From an uncultured archaeon (GTDB lineage: Archaea; Hadarchaeota; Hadarchaeia; Hadarchaeales; Hadarchaeaceae), in assembly GCA_937921735.1 (NCBI GenBank), contig CAKZTQ010000051.1, positions 1-17,798 on the forward strand: DNA of 17,798 bases, written 5' to 3'. The position numbers and the translations under genes were made by a program. A model generated the notes under the pieces. That model was not told the DNA's origin. It did not search any database and saw only the letters and a list, made by a program, of their open reading frames with translations. Positions 15,831-17,798 of the stretch are shown here, one piece after another; the stretch's first letter is position 1; each line of letters starts with the position of its first letter.

Positions 15831-16609
15831 CGCGACCGCCCTCCGGAAAGCTCCTCCAGCCTCCTGAGCATCAAGCCGATGGTCGCCCGCAAGTTGGCCG
15901 AGTTGTCGAAACCCTCCACCACCTTCTCGAGTTCCTCACGCGGTAGATCGGACATACGTCTCGCTAGCTCGACCATAAGCGGAGCCGCCCTGACGATGTT
16001 GTCCACGATGGTTACGTCCGCCGCCCGCGCGGTCCTTGACATCGGATTGAGGTCGATAGCGATGACCCTTTTGCCCAAGCGCTTGAGCGCCTCCGTGCGA
16101 TCGCCGTCCTCGAGGGGGACGAGCACCACGTCCGCCACCGCTATGCCTCGCTTATCCACCTTTCGCCTGTGGCTCTGCACCTCGGGTATGTGGGTCGAGA
16201 ACTCCTCGTCTACCCCCAACACCTCATCCGCCCCGTTTTTGAGGAGGTGCTCGGCTATCGCCTTCTCTCGCTCAGCGGAGACGTGGAAGAGGTTGACCTC
16301 GAGCTTTGCATCCACCGCCCTCGCGAGCTCGACCATTTCCGACGGCACCAGCGCCGCGACGTTGCCGTTGATGGAGATCACCGGGCGCTCCGCCAGCAAT
16401 AGCATCGCGGCTGCCGCCTCCGCTGCCCTTCGCGCTTCGTCCGTCGTCCTCTCCCCTAAGATGTAGTCGAACGCCTCACCGCGACCGTGCGCGGCGAGCC
16501 CCTCGGGCGTCACCAAGCCAGCCCTGAAACCATCGACCAATCGCTCCCTTATGCGCAGCGACTCCGCCCTCGGATGGGTGGGGAAAACGAAGCTCACTTC
16601 TACCGCCAT
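15827..16609 (-). CDS. pps: Archaeal 4-phosphopantoate--beta-alanine ligase (phosphopantothenate synthetase)
   Basis: HPRAESL..RE, GLAAHGRGEAFDYILGE, PVISINGN, EVNLF, ADVVLVPLEDGDR, IDLNPMSRT, DNIVRA, FDN..NL. Confidence 0.95.
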   Translation of the reverse strand: MAVEVSFVFPTHPRAESLRIRERLVDGFRAGLVTPEGLAAHGRGEAFDYILGERTTDEARRAAEAAAAMLLLAERPVISINGNVAALVPSEMVELARAVDAKLEVNLFHVSAEREKAIAEHLLKNGADEVLGVDEEFSTHIPEVQSHRRKVDKRGIAVADVVLVPLEDGDRTEALKRLGKRVIAIDLNPMSRTARAADVTIVDNIVRAAPLMVELARRMSDLPREELEKVVEGFDNSANLRATIGLMLRRLEELSGGRSR

Positions 16610-16644
16610 TCATCGTTCTCTCGCTCGAGATTAAAACTTGAGCA

Positions 16645-16658
16645 CAAAAAGCTTTTTG
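16645..16658. promoter_or_regulatory. Perfect 14-bp palindrome in the divergent promoter region
   Basis: CAAAAAGCTTTTTG lies between the starts of pps (16609, -) and the hypothetical gene (16689, +). Confidence 0.45.
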
Positions 16659-16688
16659 AGAGGGTAAAATCACCTGAGAAGCGGTAGT

Positions 16689-17372
16689 ATGCGCATCTCC
16701 CCCTTCGCACTCGCCGCCTTTATCGCCGCCCTCGCCGCGTTGGCGACCGCCGCGGTGGCGGGCGAGGGTCTTTTGCCCCTCGCGCTCCTATCGGCGGCTG
16801 CGGCCCTGGTTGCGATCGCCATCATCTTTCAATACAGCAGGCCCTCAAGTGAGACCCCCCGAGTACCGATAGAGGACTTCAGCCTTTGGATGGACGTGGG
16901 AGAGCCCGCCATCGAGCTCCGGCGCCTCGGGCCCGAAAACATAGATTCGGCGATAAAGATAGTCAGCGCCGATCTCGGCTCGCTCGCGTCCAACGCTGGG
17001 CTGCTGAGCCAGAGGTTGTGGATGCTGGTGGGCAGGCACGGCTTCGATGAGCTGACGGGGGAGAAAGCACATAGGCACGCGGAGAACTTGACCTCCGATC
17101 TTCGAGCCGCCATCAGAAAGCTCGAGGATAGGGGAACATGGACCAGCGACGGGATACAGCAGGTGCTGGACGTGCTCGAGACATGCGCCTCTCGAGCCGA
17201 CAGGATCGCGAACAAGTTGTACGATTTTCAAAGGGAGAAGCCGGAGATAATTCGGGCCTACACCGAGCCCCTGCGCAGGGCTTCGGAGAAGCTCTCGCGC
17301 GACCTCAGGCTTGCGTCGACCAACCTGAGCAACTACATCAAAAGCATCTCCGCACCACCCGCGAGCGCTTGA
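16689..17372 (+). CDS. Hypothetical membrane protein (two N-terminal hydrophobic helices, helical soluble domain)
   Basis: 227-aa ORF filling the gap; Ala/Leu-rich hairpin over residues about 5-47, then amphipathic heptad-like helices. No family recognised. Confidence 0.7.
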   Translation: MRISPFALAAFIAALAALATAAVAGEGLLPLALLSAAAALVAIAIIFQYSRPSSETPRVPIEDFSLWMDVGEPAIELRRLGPENIDSAIKIVSADLGSLASNAGLLSQRLWMLVGRHGFDELTGEKAHRHAENLTSDLRAAIRKLEDRGTWTSDGIQQVLDVLETCASRADRIANKLYDFQREKPEIIRAYTEPLRRASEKLSRDLRLASTNLSNYIKSISAPPASA

Positions 17373-17384
17373 GCGGTGGCATAG

Positions 17385-17798
17385 ATGGCAAAGCCCCACA
17401 TAAATTTAGTGTTCATCGGCCACGTCGACCACGGCAAGTCCACGCTCGTGGGCAGGCTGCTTTACGAGATGGGGCTGATCTCGGAAAAGGACCTCAGGGA
17501 GGAGGCCGGGTCCTTCAAGTTCGCTTGGGTGATGGACAGGCTCAAGGAGGAGCGAGAGAGGGGGCTGACGATAGAGATCTCGTACGGAAGGCTTGAGACG
17601 TCGAAGAACGAGATAACGATCATCGATGCCCCCGGCCACAGGGACTTCGTCAAGAACATGATAACCGGCGCCAGCCAGGCGGACGCCGCCGTGCTCGTGG
17701 TGGCGGCCGACGACGGCATCATGCCCCAGACGCGGGAGCACGCGGCGCTGGCCTTCACGCTGGGCGTGGGGCAGCTCGTCGTGGCGATAAACAAGATG
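17385..17798 (+). CDS. tuf: EF-1alpha-family translational GTPase, 5' part (truncated by the window end); possibly a paralog
   Basis: Hand translation [106 protein letters not shown]...QTREH...AINKM. G1-G3 motifs and the start of G4 are present. Not in the ORF track. Confidence 0.93.
   Translation, partial: MAKPHINLVFIGHVDHGKSTLVGRLLYEMGLISEKDLREEAGSFKFAWVMDRLKEERERGLTIEISYGRLETSKNEITIIDAPGHRDFVKNMITGASQADAAVLVVAADDGIMPQTREHAALAFTLGVGQLVVAINKM

Noticed and set aside
15762-16466. 234-aa plus-strand ORF
   Set aside because: Antisense shadow of pps; Ser/Thr-rich, as expected in GC-rich DNA.
17138-17794. Track ORFs 17138-17596 (+), 17406-17741 (-) and 17462-17794 (-)
   Set aside because: All overlap the EF-1alpha-like frame starting at 17385, which the track missed because it has no stop in the window.

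Overview
Archaeal chromosomal window. Archaeal origin rests on aIF-5A, an archaeal histone, Nob1, archaeal-type phosphopantothenate synthetase, an aEF-1alpha-like GTPase, BRE/TATA promoters and GGTGA/AGGAGG ribosome-binding sites; a Hadarchaeota-like lineage is a guess only. In order: a truncated RHH-type gene with foreign-looking codon usage just beyond the 3' end of tRNA-Leu(CAA); a stand-alone Csa1/Cas4-family nuclease with no array or other cas genes in view; a membrane M28 peptidase and a small pilin-like protein; a four-gene BMP/nucleoside-type ABC transporter; a phosphate cluster (metallophosphoesterase, PiT, a 55-aa membrane ORF missing from the track, DUF47); a UPF0104 flippase-like gene; nadK-nob1; aIF-5A; an atypical histone; an HhH/Fe-S protein; panB; hxlA; pps; a membrane hypothetical; and the 5' part of a divergent EF-1alpha-like gene. 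The strongest leads are the histone variant (short alpha2 helix, tetramer-interface residues lost), the orphan Csa1, the out-of-context EF-1alpha paralog candidate, and a probable integrated-element boundary at tRNA-Leu. All family calls come from motif recognition by eye; no searches were run.
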